This document shows, one piece after another, positions 1 through 11,208 of a stretch of 64,000 bases of DNA. This stretch comes from Naegleria gruberi (Eukaryota): the NCBI GenBank assembly GCA_000004985.1, contig GG738899.1. One strand, written 5' to 3'. Below the pieces are notes generated by a model that saw only the letters and a program-made list of their open reading frames with translations, was not told where the DNA came from and made no database searches. Position 1 is the first letter of the stretch; every line of letters starts with the position of its first letter. The position numbers were made by a program, and so were the translations under genes.

Positions 1-1218
1 GACTGGTTCTGATTGTTCCATTCCTATCTGTTATTCACAAACAGGATCTTCAGCTTGTGGTGGTTCAACTAAGGGTACTTGTACAGCTCCAAACTCTTGC
101 TCCTGTAATTCTGGTTGGTCTGGTTCTGATTGTACAACTCCAATTTGTTCAGGTGGTTGTGGTAATGGCGTTTGTAGTTCACCTGGTTCTTGTTCCTGTA
201 ATTCTGGTTGGAGTGGTGCCACTTGTACAACTCCNNNNNNNNNNNNNNNNNNNNNNNNNNNNNNNNNNNNNNNNNNNNNNNNNNCAGTGGATGGAGTGGA
301 TCTGATTGTAGTGTTCCAATTTGTTCAAGTGGTTGTGGAAATGGATATGCCAGTTCACCTGGTTCTTGTTCCTGTAATTCAGGTTGGAGTGGTGCTACTT
401 GTACAACTCCTGTTTGCTCTGGTGGTTGTGGTAATGGTTATTGTAGCTCACCAGGATCCTGCTCATGTAATTCTGGATGGTCTGGTGCCTCTTGTACTAC
501 TCCTGTGTGTTCAGGTGGTTGTGGAAATGGTTATTGTAGCTCACCAGGTACTTGTTCCTGTAATTCTGGATGGTCTGGCACAACATGTTCAACACCTGTC
601 TGCTCTGGTGGCTGTGGTAATGGTTTTTGCAGTGCTCCTGGAAAATGTACTTGTAATTCTGGATGGTCTGGCACAACTTGCACAACTCCAGTTTGTTCAA
701 GTGGTTGTGGTAATGGCGTTTGTAGTTCACCTGGTTCTTGTTCCTGTAATTCAGGTTGGAGTGGTGCTACTTGTACAACTCCTGTTTGTTCAACATGTAA
801 TGGTAGAGGTTCATGTGTTGGTCCAGAAAGTTGTTCATGTAACAGTGGATGGTCTGGAAATCTCTGTCAAACACCTGTCTGCTCAACCTGCAATGGACGT
901 GGTACTTGTGTTGGTCCAGAAAGCTGTTCTTGCAGTAGTGGATGGACTGGAAACTTGTGTCAAACACCTTCATGCACCAATAATTGTAATGGACACGGAA
1001 CCTGCACTGGGCCAAATACCTGTTCCTGTAATTCTGGTTGGAGTGGAGCTGCCTGTGAAACTTGTAGTAATTGTTGTTATGGTATTCCAGCTTCTGATCC
1101 AAGTGTTTGTTCCTGGGGTCAAGGTAGATGTGTGAGTGGTGCTTGTGTCTGTATTGGTCCTTACTATTGTGGTGCACAATGTCAACAATGTGGTTGTAAC
1201 AAATATATGTGTCCTTAA
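1..1218 (+). CDS. 5'-partial secreted cysteine-rich protein made of tandem tenascin/laminin-type EGF-like repeats
   Basis: Reading frame is open from position 2 into the ORF ending at 1218. It contains at least 10 repeats of ~31 aa of the form C-SGGCGNG-xCSSPGSCSCNSGWSG-xCTTPVCS (6 Cys each, EGF spacing). The 50-N gap at 235-284 interrupts the frame. The upstream part of the gene lies outside the window. Confidence 0.75.
235..284. other. assembly gap (50 N) inside the EGF-repeat gene
   Basis: Run of N characters. Gap length is arbitrary, so the reading-frame phase across it is unreliable. Confidence 0.99.
300..780 (+). repeat. near-identical ~93-96 bp tandem DNA repeats encoding the EGF-like modules
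   Basis: Repeated blocks 'tgttcaggtggttgtggtaatgg..tgtagttcacctgg..tgttcctgtaattctgg(a/t)tggtctggt..' seen directly. Such repeats are prone to collapse or expansion in assembly. Confidence 0.8.
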
Positions 1219-1430
1219 TTAACCAAATAAATAATTTTATCTAAAGGTCTAAGAACAATAATATATGCGTTGTAAAAAAGATATTGTGTTGAGCAAAAGG
1301 TAAACCATCCAACTTCAAAACCATCCCACAAGTTTTAAATCGTGTTGATCTAATGAAAATTACATTTATTGTAAACAAATAACCAAACTTGAAATGTCAA
1401 TTTGAAAGAAAAAACCTCATCAAAAAAAAA

Positions 1431-3380
1431 ATGGTTTACATCCATGATGATTGTCTCTTTCACATTCTCACCTTTGTTCCATCGTTGGATTTGTTGAAAA
1501 ATTGTTTACTAGTTTCGAAACAATTTCAAGAGAATGCCAGAAGAGTTTCATTCACATTGGATTTTTCTGCCAATCTCCGAATGAGGAATTATGGAATTTC
1601 TCTCAAGGATGATTCTGAGAAAAAGGCAGATAATAATTGTTTGATCCGATTTAATGTTGAAGATTTGTTGAGTTGCCAATATTTGGAGAGATTGGAGAGT
1701 TTGAATTTGTCTTTTAATAATTTCGGAAGTTATGGAGCCAAATTAATTGCAGAAAGTAAATATTTAATGAATTTGAGAGAATTGATATTGAATGGATGTA
1801 CTATTCATGGAGAGGGGCTCGATTACTTGTTGAATAATGTTGAATTGGTGTCCAAATTGACTGGATTGGGATTAGCGAGATGTTGTCTTACAGATAAAGC
1901 TATTCAAAAGTTGGCAAACAACAAATCCAACCTAGAAAATTTGAAATATTTGGATTTAGAATATAATCATATTGAAATGATTGAATTTACTAATCTTATC
2001 CGTAATTTACCATGTAATTTGAAAGAGTTGAATGTATCACATTGTGGTCTTAATTGTGATCAATATATCCTTCAAGGGGATTCAATTCCAGAGCTCAGCT
2101 TGGAGGCTTTAAATTTATCATTTACGGCCATATTGGACGAACATTTAGAAGTATTGTGTAACAAATTGAAAAAATTGAAAACACTCCATCTAGTAAGAGT
2201 ATCAGTGGATGGAAGTTTTAAAAAGATTGTTTTGGACAAGTTACCCCAATTGACCTATCTTGATATTTCAAATGTTAATGCAACAAGCATTCTTTCAGAC
2301 CTGCGATCATGCGAAAAGTTGAAAACCTTGATTATGGATCGATGTCGGCTCAAGACTTTTGACCAGTTCCAGGATAGTAATTACTTGTCAGGAATTGAAA
2401 CTCTATCACTAATGGATAATGTATTTAATGAGAGTGTTGTTCTCACTATTGCACAAACTGCCAAGAAGAGAGGAATTAATTTGAACATTGATGTTTCCAT
2501 AAGTTCTGGACATCGAAAGAATTACAGAAAGATATTGACAAACTTGGTTGATAACAAAGTTTCCAAAATCAACCCAAAATTTGAAATAGAGGATGGCTTG
2601 TCTGATATTTTGAGCAAATTTGAATCTATAACATTTAAAAGCCGTGTTCCATCCTTAATTAATTCATGTGAATATTTACGAAATGTAACCATCATTGATC
2701 TTTACGACAATGAACTTGGAGATGAAGGTTTCAGAAACCTTTTCACAAATAATGTCATGCACAATTTAAGAAAATTGCTGCTTGGCTACAATGCTATCAA
2801 AGAAATACCATCACCAGAAGAATGTCATTCCAATTTGAAAAGCTTAACTCATTTGGATTTGAAATATAACTTGCTTGGAGATAATGGACTTATTCAACTT
2901 GTTAAAAATCCTCACTTGTCAAATTTGAGAATATTAGATCTTGAAATTAATGGAATAACTAAGGAAGGAATCAAATATCTTGTTGAAAGTCCCCACATGT
3001 CCAACTTGAATAGTTTAAATTTGGATGGTGCTGGTGGAGGCGACAGCAAAAACCATGGAATTCAACAGAATAAGATTGGAGATGAAGGATTTGAAATGCT
3101 CCTCAATTCAAATCTCAATAACTTGTTAGATTTGTGTGTTAGTTACAATGAGTTAGGAAATGAATCAGCCAAAGTTCTGGCTAACCACAAAGGAGCAAAG
3201 AATCTTGTTGAGATAATCATGTTCGAGAATACTTTCAATGATGAAGCCATTCCATACTTGACAAGTCCAGCCATTTTTAAACTTCACACCTTGAGAGTTT
3301 TATATAGTGAAATTTCCCCTGAAGGAATTCTTCAAGTTTTAGCCAGTCCTGCCTTCTCTGGTCTAAGTTATTCCATCTAA
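1431..3380 (+). CDS. F-box-like / leucine-rich-repeat protein (ribonuclease-inhibitor-type LRRs)
   Basis: ORF 1389-3380; first in-frame ATG at 1431 lies in an A-rich context. N-terminal motif 'CLFHILTFVPSLDLLKNCLLVSKQF' is F-box-like. Repeated LxxLxLxxNxIGDEG LRR units run throughout. Confidence 0.7.
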   Translation: MVYIHDDCLFHILTFVPSLDLLKNCLLVSKQFQENARRVSFTLDFSANLRMRNYGISLKDDSEKKADNNCLIRFNVEDLLSCQYLERLESLNLSFNNFGSYGAKLIAESKYLMNLRELILNGCTIHGEGLDYLLNNVELVSKLTGLGLARCCLTDKAIQKLANNKSNLENLKYLDLEYNHIEMIEFTNLIRNLPCNLKELNVSHCGLNCDQYILQGDSIPELSLEALNLSFTAILDEHLEVLCNKLKKLKTLHLVRVSVDGSFKKIVLDKLPQLTYLDISNVNATSILSDLRSCEKLKTLIMDRCRLKTFDQFQDSNYLSGIETLSLMDNVFNESVVLTIAQTAKKRGINLNIDVSISSGHRKNYRKILTNLVDNKVSKINPKFEIEDGLSDILSKFESITFKSRVPSLINSCEYLRNVTIIDLYDNELGDEGFRNLFTNNVMHNLRKLLLGYNAIKEIPSPEECHSNLKSLTHLDLKYNLLGDNGLIQLVKNPHLSNLRILDLEINGITKEGIKYLVESPHMSNLNSLNLDGAGGGDSKNHGIQQNKIGDEGFEMLLNSNLNNLLDLCVSYNELGNESAKVLANHKGAKNLVEIIMFENTFNDEAIPYLTSPAIFKLHTLRVLYSEISPEGILQVLASPAFSGLSYSI

Positions 3381-3471
3381 TCACTTTCCATTATTTATTA
3401 TTATTATTTAAAATCAAATTTCATTTCTGAAAATAAATTTGAAAATATTTTTCGTAACGGTCATAAAAAAA

Positions 3472-4366
3472 ATGGAAAACTTGTCGAGAGCTTCCTTGCC
3501 ACTAATTCTTTCTTCTTTTGCTGTGGGTGTTTTATCGGTCAAGTTTTGTGAGTGGTTATTATTGAAGAGGAAGGATGAGGAGAAGATTGTTTCCACTTCA
3601 ACGCCATCTAATGTAGAACCTGTAACCACTACCACCACAACAACAACAACTCCAGAAGCATCATCAACAACAACAATAGAAAAGAAGGAAGAAAATGATG
3701 ATGAGGATTGGGAAGATGAAGGTGATGATGATGATGAATTTGATGAAGAGGAATCGGGTGAAGACTACTCTGACGAAGAGGATGACGATCCTAAAAAGTT
3801 ATTACTATTGGTGAGAACAGATGTAAATATGCAAAAAGGAAAGATGTGTGCTCAATGTGGACATGCTAGGTTTGTAATATTATAATAATTTAAATTAATA
3901 ATATTAATTCATCTACAATACTCTCATCTTCATATTAATGGATGAATTTGGAATTATATATTTGTGGATGTTNNNNNNNNNNNNNNNNNNNNNNNNNNNN
4001 NNNNNNNNNNNNNNNNNNNNNNTGGTTACACAAATGGATCATTATGGTGCTGCAAGATTGCTGTAAAGGTTGATAAGATCAAATGGATTTCTTCCAAACT
4101 GAAGCTAAGAAGAGAGGCCTCCCAACATACCGAGTGATTGATGCAGGAAGAACACAAATTGAAAGAGGAACAGCAACAGTTCTTGGTAAGTTTTCCTTCA
4201 TCATTTTGGAAATTAATTCAAATTTCATCAATTTATGTTACCATCTAACTATTAATGTTTTTAATATATTTGTCTAATTATTATTGCCATCTAACTATTA
4301 ACAACAGCTATTGGACCATGTCCTAATAGATTATTGGACTTTACCAAGGAATTGAAATTATTGTAA
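3472..4366 (+). CDS. peptidyl-tRNA hydrolase 2 (PTH2) with N-terminal TM anchor and acidic/Thr-rich linker; multi-exon, with the middle disrupted by a gap and apparent frameshifts
   Basis: Exon 1 is 3472-3869 (ends ...GKMCAQCGHA + GTTTGT donor) and carries the PTH2 motif 'GK.AAQCxHA'. After the N gap, fragments in two frames read '..HYGAA/KIAVKVDKI..' and 'AKKRGLPTYRVIDAGRTQIERGTATVLG' (PTH2 'DAGRTQIAPGSQTVLG'). GTAAGT donor at 4189. The last exon 4308-4366 encodes 'AIGPCPNRLLDFTKELKLL*', matching the PTH2 C-terminus. Confidence 0.75.
3973..4022. other. assembly gap (50 N) inside the PTH2 gene
   Basis: Run of N characters. Confidence 0.99.
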
Positions 4367-4470
4367 TTAAGATCTATTGGGTGTGGAATTTGTGGAGAAT
4401 AGATTTTGAGGAATGATAAATTTTGTCTTGACACTAGTCAATTAATTATCTATTTATTATTTAGTGTTTT

Positions 4471-6894
4471 TTACATTTTAATTGGAGAATTAATGATGGA
4501 AACAGCATCTCCAGCACTATAGAGGGCAACAGCAAAGTAAAAGATATCATCTTCGCCATTCAATCGTTTAACAATTTCTTGGAAAGCAATTCCTAAAGGT
4601 TGACTATTCTTTACAAATGAGAGAGTGCCATTGGTTCTCAAATCAACTTGGACTTTGAAGGTATCTCCCGTTCCACCTCCACCGAAATTATCATCATAGT
4701 GGAGTGAGTGGAAATTGTGACAAGTATGACCATTGTACAGGTAATAACACCAACCATTTTCATAATTGAGATTTCCGTTCAAATTCACATCAGCTTTGCA
4801 AATACCAATGTTGATAATGCCCTGGGCGGTCTTGTTAACTTTGAGATTGAATTCTTTACGTTGTCCAAATCTGATTGGCTCGACACACAAATTTACAGAC
4901 CATCCATCAATGTTAATCTTGGTAAGGGTTTTGCCTTCGTTGGAAACTTGTAAATCTTTACCAGTCATGAGGAGATCAAATCCACTGACAATTCCACTCA
5001 CGTGGTGTCGAGGCTTTGTTGTGAAAAAGTCGTCATCGCTAGATACTCCAATTACTTCAGAGCTATCAAAGATCGAGGTTGGACTCAGTACAGAAATCTG
5101 TTCTACATGCATCACTGGAGCAGAAAGTAAATTGCTGGTACTAATATTGGCAATTCCAGCAAGTTGTTGAGTGGTTGTCTTTTGGAGAGCCAATTGTTGA
5201 TTGGCCTTATCTACCTTGTGTACTATTGTATTGAGTTGACAGCTCATTGCCTTGGCAATCTTCTTTAAAAGCTTGACTTGCAGTTCCAGATCTGCCACGT
5301 ACTTTTCAGGGATGGAAATCAAATAGTGCAAACATTCAGGAGACAAGTATTGGAGACGAATATGATTTAACAGAGTTGGGAAGTATTTCTTTCTCACTTG
5401 GAAATCGTATTCTACCCACAGAAGAGCAGCATTTAAAATATCGTCCTCAGTTCTCACATTCAAGTCATCTCTCGAAATAATGTTCAGCACTGTTTCAACA
5501 TCTCCAATTAAATTCAATTGACCATTCTTGCATATGATAAAGAATTTCTGGGCTATGAATTGGCTGGCCTTTGTTTTGAGAGATTGATATTTGGAATTTT
5601 CCAAGAAAATACACGAAAGCACATTAAATTCGTTCAAATTCTTCTCCAGATATGCCTCGCAAATCGATGCCAAATCCACAAACATGTACTTATCAGCAAT
5701 CTCCAACAGTGGAGCAGAATCGCACTCCAAACAATCCACTTCCAAAGTATACATTGTCTTGATCATTATACAGAAAATTCGCACATCCTCATATCCTATA
5801 TCGTTCTCCTGATCTTGATTATTATGAAAATCAGGACACTCCATCACTGAATGATCCATTATTTCAATAAAATCACATTTCGTTTTCATCTTTCCAAACA
5901 TCATTTCTTTAAAAAATGGACTATACAGTGATAGAATTGCCTTATTAACATAGAGTGTTGTTGAGGTCAGTTGAGGAATATCATTCGTCTTGATTGTCAA
6001 ATTGTCCTGCAACGAATCCACTTCTGTTGCATTGGTATGTAAACAATTTGGTAGTGTTGATGAACTGTCTTCCTTGTCTGATGAATTTTCACAACACGAC
6101 AATACATTCCCCAAATTCAACTTGTTCGAATGTTTCATCACAATCCTAAAATCAGCCAACTCCTCATTATTAAACAAACTCGGTACATTACTCTCAAAAC
6201 TCTTCCCAAATGTAATTTTCGCCTTTTGCAATCTCACATTATTCTCAGAGAGAACAAATCCTCTCAGTGAACTATTCAATATCGTGTTGGTCATGCTCAA
6301 ATTCCTCGTGTGATGTCTCTGTGGAGGTGTTTGTCCCCCCATCATGATTGGTGAACTAGGTGGAGGTGGTGGATTAAAATTGATAGATTGTAAAATTGAG
6401 GGTGATTGCTGATTGGTTAGGGATGAACTGTTACTTCCTTCACTTGTGGTGGTGCTAGTGGTGCTGTTAGAAATGGCGATGGGTGAAGATTTTGTTTGAT
6501 TGTTATCGGTTGTTGATGTTGCGATTATTGATGATGAAGTGTTTAATGAAGTGGGAGAATTATTCGAAAGTAAAGTTTCTTTGGAATCTTGTTCGGTTGC
6601 TTGGAGAATATTTAGTGGATTTGATGAGGGAGAAACATTTTGGACTGCAAGAACCATTCCTGAAAGTGTTTCCGATGATGAATTTGTTATTGTTGTATTA
6701 ATTTCTTGATTATCCGAAGATGTTGTATTATTCGAAATGTCATTCGAAACATTTAAAACTAATTGCGTCGGTGAAGAGGAAAATTGTTTAGTGTTGNCGG
6801 ATCCACCAACACTTGTTTCGAATATTGTTCTTGGTGAAGAAGAAGATGATGCATTCGATGATGATGACGAATTATTCGAATACCTCTTTGACAT
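4471..6894 (-). CDS. BTB/POZ-BACK plus SPRY (B30.2) domain protein with Ser/Thr/Asn-rich N-terminal region
   Basis: 807-aa ORF. BTB motif 'LYVNKAILSLYSPFFKEMMFG..' followed by a BACK-like region. C-terminal SPRY signature '..NGWCYYLYNGH...GDTFKVQVDLRTNGTLSFVKNSQPLGIAFQ'. Contains one N at 6797. Confidence 0.7.
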   Translation of the reverse strand: MSKRYSNNSSSSSNASSSSSPRTIFETSVGGSXNTKQFSSSPTQLVLNVSNDISNNTTSSDNQEINTTITNSSSETLSGMVLAVQNVSPSSNPLNILQATEQDSKETLLSNNSPTSLNTSSSIIATSTTDNNQTKSSPIAISNSTTSTTTSEGSNSSSLTNQQSPSILQSINFNPPPPPSSPIMMGGQTPPQRHHTRNLSMTNTILNSSLRGFVLSENNVRLQKAKITFGKSFESNVPSLFNNEELADFRIVMKHSNKLNLGNVLSCCENSSDKEDSSSTLPNCLHTNATEVDSLQDNLTIKTNDIPQLTSTTLYVNKAILSLYSPFFKEMMFGKMKTKCDFIEIMDHSVMECPDFHNNQDQENDIGYEDVRIFCIMIKTMYTLEVDCLECDSAPLLEIADKYMFVDLASICEAYLEKNLNEFNVLSCIFLENSKYQSLKTKASQFIAQKFFIICKNGQLNLIGDVETVLNIISRDDLNVRTEDDILNAALLWVEYDFQVRKKYFPTLLNHIRLQYLSPECLHYLISIPEKYVADLELQVKLLKKIAKAMSCQLNTIVHKVDKANQQLALQKTTTQQLAGIANISTSNLLSAPVMHVEQISVLSPTSIFDSSEVIGVSSDDDFFTTKPRHHVSGIVSGFDLLMTGKDLQVSNEGKTLTKINIDGWSVNLCVEPIRFGQRKEFNLKVNKTAQGIINIGICKADVNLNGNLNYENGWCYYLYNGHTCHNFHSLHYDDNFGGGGTGDTFKVQVDLRTNGTLSFVKNSQPLGIAFQEIVKRLNGEDDIFYFAVALYSAGDAVSIINSPIKM

Positions 6895-8030
6895 TTTTTT
6901 TCCGACGGATTTAGTATTAACTCTATTGTAAACCCGTTCCAGTACATTTTGATTTTACAAAATACTGATAACATCTAGAAACAAGTCGATTGGAAAAATT
7001 GAAACTGTTATTCATTAGCAGCAACGAAATTGGAGCGGAAGGAATTAAATCGAAAGATCTCCACATGTTGTTGAGGTCTAACTATGTACATGTTGTGAAA
7101 TTGTAATTTCCTTCATCATGATCCTCAGCATGGAAACTGAGAATGGAAATGGATTCCATCGATTCAATAACGACATAATCAATACGCACGCATCGTTCCT
7201 TCACAAACCAAATAATGAGAGCCACTAAAACAACTTAAAACAATTCTTTCATTCCTAAACTCTTAAACTGGATCAAAAGAAACCCAAACAATTAATTGTT
7301 AACTTTTCACAAGATCATGACCAAGATTAATACCATTTTAATTTCAACCTCAATCATTTCCGTTGGGTTGATAATTGGCCTACTCATCATTTTATCCAAT
7401 TAAAAAAAAAAGCAATCATGAAGAATTTATTTGCCACCAATTTCAAGTCAAATAATGCTGCCGAAACCAAAACCAAAGATGCAACTGCCAATTTCTGGTC
7501 CTTTGTAGAACATTGACTGGAATGTAATACAGTTTTTATTGCTTATAACTACTATATATCTGTTGATTCTTCCAAATGATAAATGTCAGAAATCTTTCCA
7601 TTATCAACCGTGTGAATATCAATGGTCATAATACTGAATGCCTTAGTTCCATCTCAATTCGCTCCCAAAAAAATCACCAACCGATATTACCAGTGCAAAT
7701 TGATCTTACCATTACTCTAATTGTCAACTTGCAAAAATTCTTGAACGTCCCATTTGAGATTTGGTTCTTGTTGACAATCCATGCAATTTGTATCTCTTTT
7801 TTATAACATTGAATTCATGATTTTTGTTTTAAGTTTTTAACGGTAACAAAAGGCGCTTATTCACCAACATGCAAGCTAGACAAATGAATTCTATCGAAAG
7901 GAATATCAAATATTGCGTCCTCTCTATCTAGACAAGATATTCTCTTCATCAACTTTCTTGCGTTCATCTTATTGAAGATCACACAATATTTAAACACGAT
8001 TGATCATATAATGAAAACAAAAAGAAAAAA

Positions 8031-8856
8031 ATGTCCAAGCCAATACTCACTTATTTCAGCTCGAGAGGGAAATCAGAGTTGATTAGAATTATTCTTGCTG
8101 ATTGTGGTAAGTGTGGATGATGATCATTATTACAATTTTAATATTATTTAATATTATTTAATATTTATTTAATATTAATTAAAATTGTAAATAATTTGAT
8201 GAGTAGGAGTTGATTATGATGAAGTCAATGTTGGAGTTTGGCATCCAACTGAAAAATCCGATGCTTTTAAACAACTTGTAGAAAGTAAAACTCTTGCTTT
8301 TGACTCACTTCCAAGTTATCAAGATGATCAAATCTTACTTGTCCAATCATCTTCAATTGTTAGATATTTGGGTAAGAAATTTGGATTGGCTGGTAAAGAT
8401 CTCGTTGAGGAAAGTCTCATTGATCAATATTATGAAGGAATTTTGGATTTGAATGTTTTATTGAGATCGGCCTTTACTGCCTCATATCCAGTTTCTTCTG
8501 AAATCACCAATGAAAGTATCGAGCAAAAGATTCAAATCATTTTGAAGGAGAAATTACCAAAATTATTGCAATTCTTTGAAAGAGCATTGGAAGGTGGAAA
8601 GGAATATCTTGTTGGTGGTAAAATTTCATATGCAGATATTGCATTATTCTATGCTTTGGATACTTATACAGAAGTTTTGGGAAGCTACTTTGAAAATCAA
8701 TTGAATAGTGGTGAGGAATTGAAGAATTTGAAACAATTACATGCAAGAGTTAAGGCAAGAGAAGGTATTCAAAAGCATTTGAACAATCCTAATAGATTCC
8801 CTAAACAATCACTTCCAGGTTATGAAAAGATAGCTCAACAATTACAACAATAAATC
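8031..8856 (+). CDS. glutathione S-transferase (alpha/sigma-like), two exons 8031-8106 and 8207-8856
   Basis: Exon 1 encodes MSKPILTYFSSRGKSELIRIILADCG, followed by a GTAAGT donor at 8107 and a TAG acceptor at 8206. Exon 2 continues 'VDYDEVNVGVWHPTEK...SSIVRYLGKKFGLAGK...' through a GST C-terminal domain. Frames were checked across the junction. Confidence 0.85.
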
Positions 8857-9076
8857 AATCACCACCATATATGGCACTTTATTGTAATCCAATTCAATAT
8901 CCATGACATGTGTGTCCACAGCAAATAAGCACAAACTGTAGTTATATGTATGGATGATTTTGATTCTGTTTAACCGTAAGTTCTCAAGTTCATCAAGAAA
9001 AAAATACCTCAATAAGAACCTTCTGGTTTTTCAAATCCATCATCAGTTAATTTCTATTACATTATAACTATTGAAA

Positions 9077-10945
9077 ATGTGTCATGGTTGTTATGCTCCA
9101 CCATTGTTTTTGTTACCGGTTTTGTTGGTAGTAGAGGCTTTTAGAGGGATCGGGAAAGGAATACAAAGTGTTGATCAAGCAATTCGGGCCAACAATTTAA
9201 AGATGATAGAATTATTCAAGCAAAAGAAACATGATTTGGATTTATCTGCTTCTAATCAGCTGTTGGATAAGTCGAGTGTTTCCATTCAGGAAATTAAAAA
9301 ACATGTTGATGAGTTGAATGATAATGATAGGGAACAATTAGCCAAATTGTTGATTCAGAGATGTATTGCCCGATTGGAACAACCTGATTATGGATTGGCT
9401 AAGGATGATATGCTTGAGGCATTGTCATTGATGAATGCAACTGGTGAATCGGGTAATGATGGTTCTTCTTCTTTTGGTTCATTCTGTAGGAATTTCTATT
9501 TGGCTGAATACTTGTTGGGAATGTGTTATCACGGAAATGGTGATTTTAAGGAGGCTGCTATTCATTTCCAAAAATCTATTGAACACAGATCTTATGTAGA
9601 ATCTCAATTGATCGATCATCAAGACAATGAGAAGGAACTTATTGCAATGGAAGAACAATTCTTTTCCATGCAATTAGAAGCAAAGAAGCCAGTGGAAAAG
9701 GTTGCTGCTTCTTGGACTAAAAATTGGAGCTATTATGCCAATAGTGTTACTAATTTTACAAATAAGGCCAAGAATTTCTATAACCACAATTTAATGCTAG
9801 GCTCAGATAAGCCAGTCCTCAAGACCAAACCAAATACCTACATTACCTTGGAATTGTTGTACATTAGAGCAGGTGTCTCCTATTATTCTGGCACCTATTA
9901 TGCAAATGGCGTTGAATATTTCAATAGAGCTATAGAATTGGGAGAGAGCTATCAATCAGAATATTTGGAGTCATCCTATTATAATAGAGGATTGTGTTAT
10001 TATTATTTAGGAGAATTGGAAACAGCTATTGAAGATTTTACCAAATCCATTTCTTTAATGCCTCTCCTAAAACAAAGAGATGCTGTCTATTTAATGAGAG
10101 CTGCCACATATGGAAGATTGGGTATGATCAAAGAGAAGGAGCAGGACGAATATAAGGCTCGTCTCATAAATCCATTCGGAAAACCTCTTCCATTATTTCA
10201 CCTTAGATTATTAGATGATGATACACTTTGTCATATTATGAGCTTCCTTCAAACCAGACAAGTATTGGTAATGTCATCTCTGAACAAGTACTCAAGAAAT
10301 CTTGTAAAGAGCTACCTACAACAATATGATATTGAAATTAGTTATTCTGCTCTGGTTGTTACTGAAAAGAAACCAGCATCTTTGGGACAAACTTGGTTCC
10401 TGCCAAAGGAAAGTTTACCAGGAAAAGCTGAGATGGTCAATCACGTACTCCAACATTCTCTGCTTAAGCATGTAAGAAATATGAGATTGTTAGCTTGTTC
10501 GTCTCATTTTTTTACTGAAATACACTTTGAAGAACAAGTCCTATCTAAAACTAAGAATTTGAAGAGATTGGCATTGTATGAGTATACACCTGTACAATCA
10601 ATACTCCCAGTTCACTCTCCTGATCTCGAATACTTGGAAATTGGTTCGAGTATTTACAATGACTACCATTTCCGTCCATTCATCTCCAAGTTTACTAATT
10701 TGAAGCATTTAAAACTTGGAGTTGCTTTCTTCCCTTCTTTGAATCCATTCTCTGATAATCCTAATCTTCAAATTGTAGAATATTTACCAATCACTGATCA
10801 AGACACGGAATACTATGTGAATTATACTGGCTCCAAGCCAGTTGGAAATACTTGGGAAGAATTGAAATCTTTGAATCCTCACATTGTTTTTAAAGAGTAC
10901 CAAGCAAGTACCAGCAGTTGTCTCTATGATTTTACTTCTTACTAA
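9077..10945 (+). CDS. hypothetical TPR-repeat protein with internal F-box-like motif
   Basis: ORF 9071-10945 with first ATG at 9077. TPR-like segments (e.g. 'YYNRGLCYYYLGELETAIEDFTKSISLMP') and the motif 'LFHLRLLDDDTLCHIMSFLQTRQVLVMSSLNKYSRNL' resembling an F-box. No introns detected. Confidence 0.55.
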   Translation: MCHGCYAPPLFLLPVLLVVEAFRGIGKGIQSVDQAIRANNLKMIELFKQKKHDLDLSASNQLLDKSSVSIQEIKKHVDELNDNDREQLAKLLIQRCIARLEQPDYGLAKDDMLEALSLMNATGESGNDGSSSFGSFCRNFYLAEYLLGMCYHGNGDFKEAAIHFQKSIEHRSYVESQLIDHQDNEKELIAMEEQFFSMQLEAKKPVEKVAASWTKNWSYYANSVTNFTNKAKNFYNHNLMLGSDKPVLKTKPNTYITLELLYIRAGVSYYSGTYYANGVEYFNRAIELGESYQSEYLESSYYNRGLCYYYLGELETAIEDFTKSISLMPLLKQRDAVYLMRAATYGRLGMIKEKEQDEYKARLINPFGKPLPLFHLRLLDDDTLCHIMSFLQTRQVLVMSSLNKYSRNLVKSYLQQYDIEISYSALVVTEKKPASLGQTWFLPKESLPGKAEMVNHVLQHSLLKHVRNMRLLACSSHFFTEIHFEEQVLSKTKNLKRLALYEYTPVQSILPVHSPDLEYLEIGSSIYNDYHFRPFISKFTNLKHLKLGVAFFPSLNPFSDNPNLQIVEYLPITDQDTEYYVNYTGSKPVGNTWEELKSLNPHIVFKEYQASTSSCLYDFTSY

Positions 10946-11208
10946 AAATGGAGTCCTTAATAAAGCTGATGATGATTTTAATAATTAATTAACTGATAAA
11001 TGGATCTTGATATCTTTGAGTTCTCTTTCTTTTGCAGTATGAACAAAATATTAACACAAATCATAATAAATATTGATGTGTTTTTGAATTTTTTTAACAT
11101 TCACTGAAATGTTTTATTATTGGAAATATATTTGGCCTCAACCCATCATCATTTGCACTTGTCATCACACGGAAAGTTGACAGAAATTAAAAATCAATTT
11201 AAAAAAAA

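Noticed and set aside
57-1135. Alternative-frame ORFs (57-305, 287-1135 on the plus strand; 497-730, 767-1177, 970-1188 on the minus strand) inside the EGF-repeat region
   Set aside because: These are low-complexity translations of the repeat DNA in non-coding frames. The Cys-patterned EGF frame is the real one.
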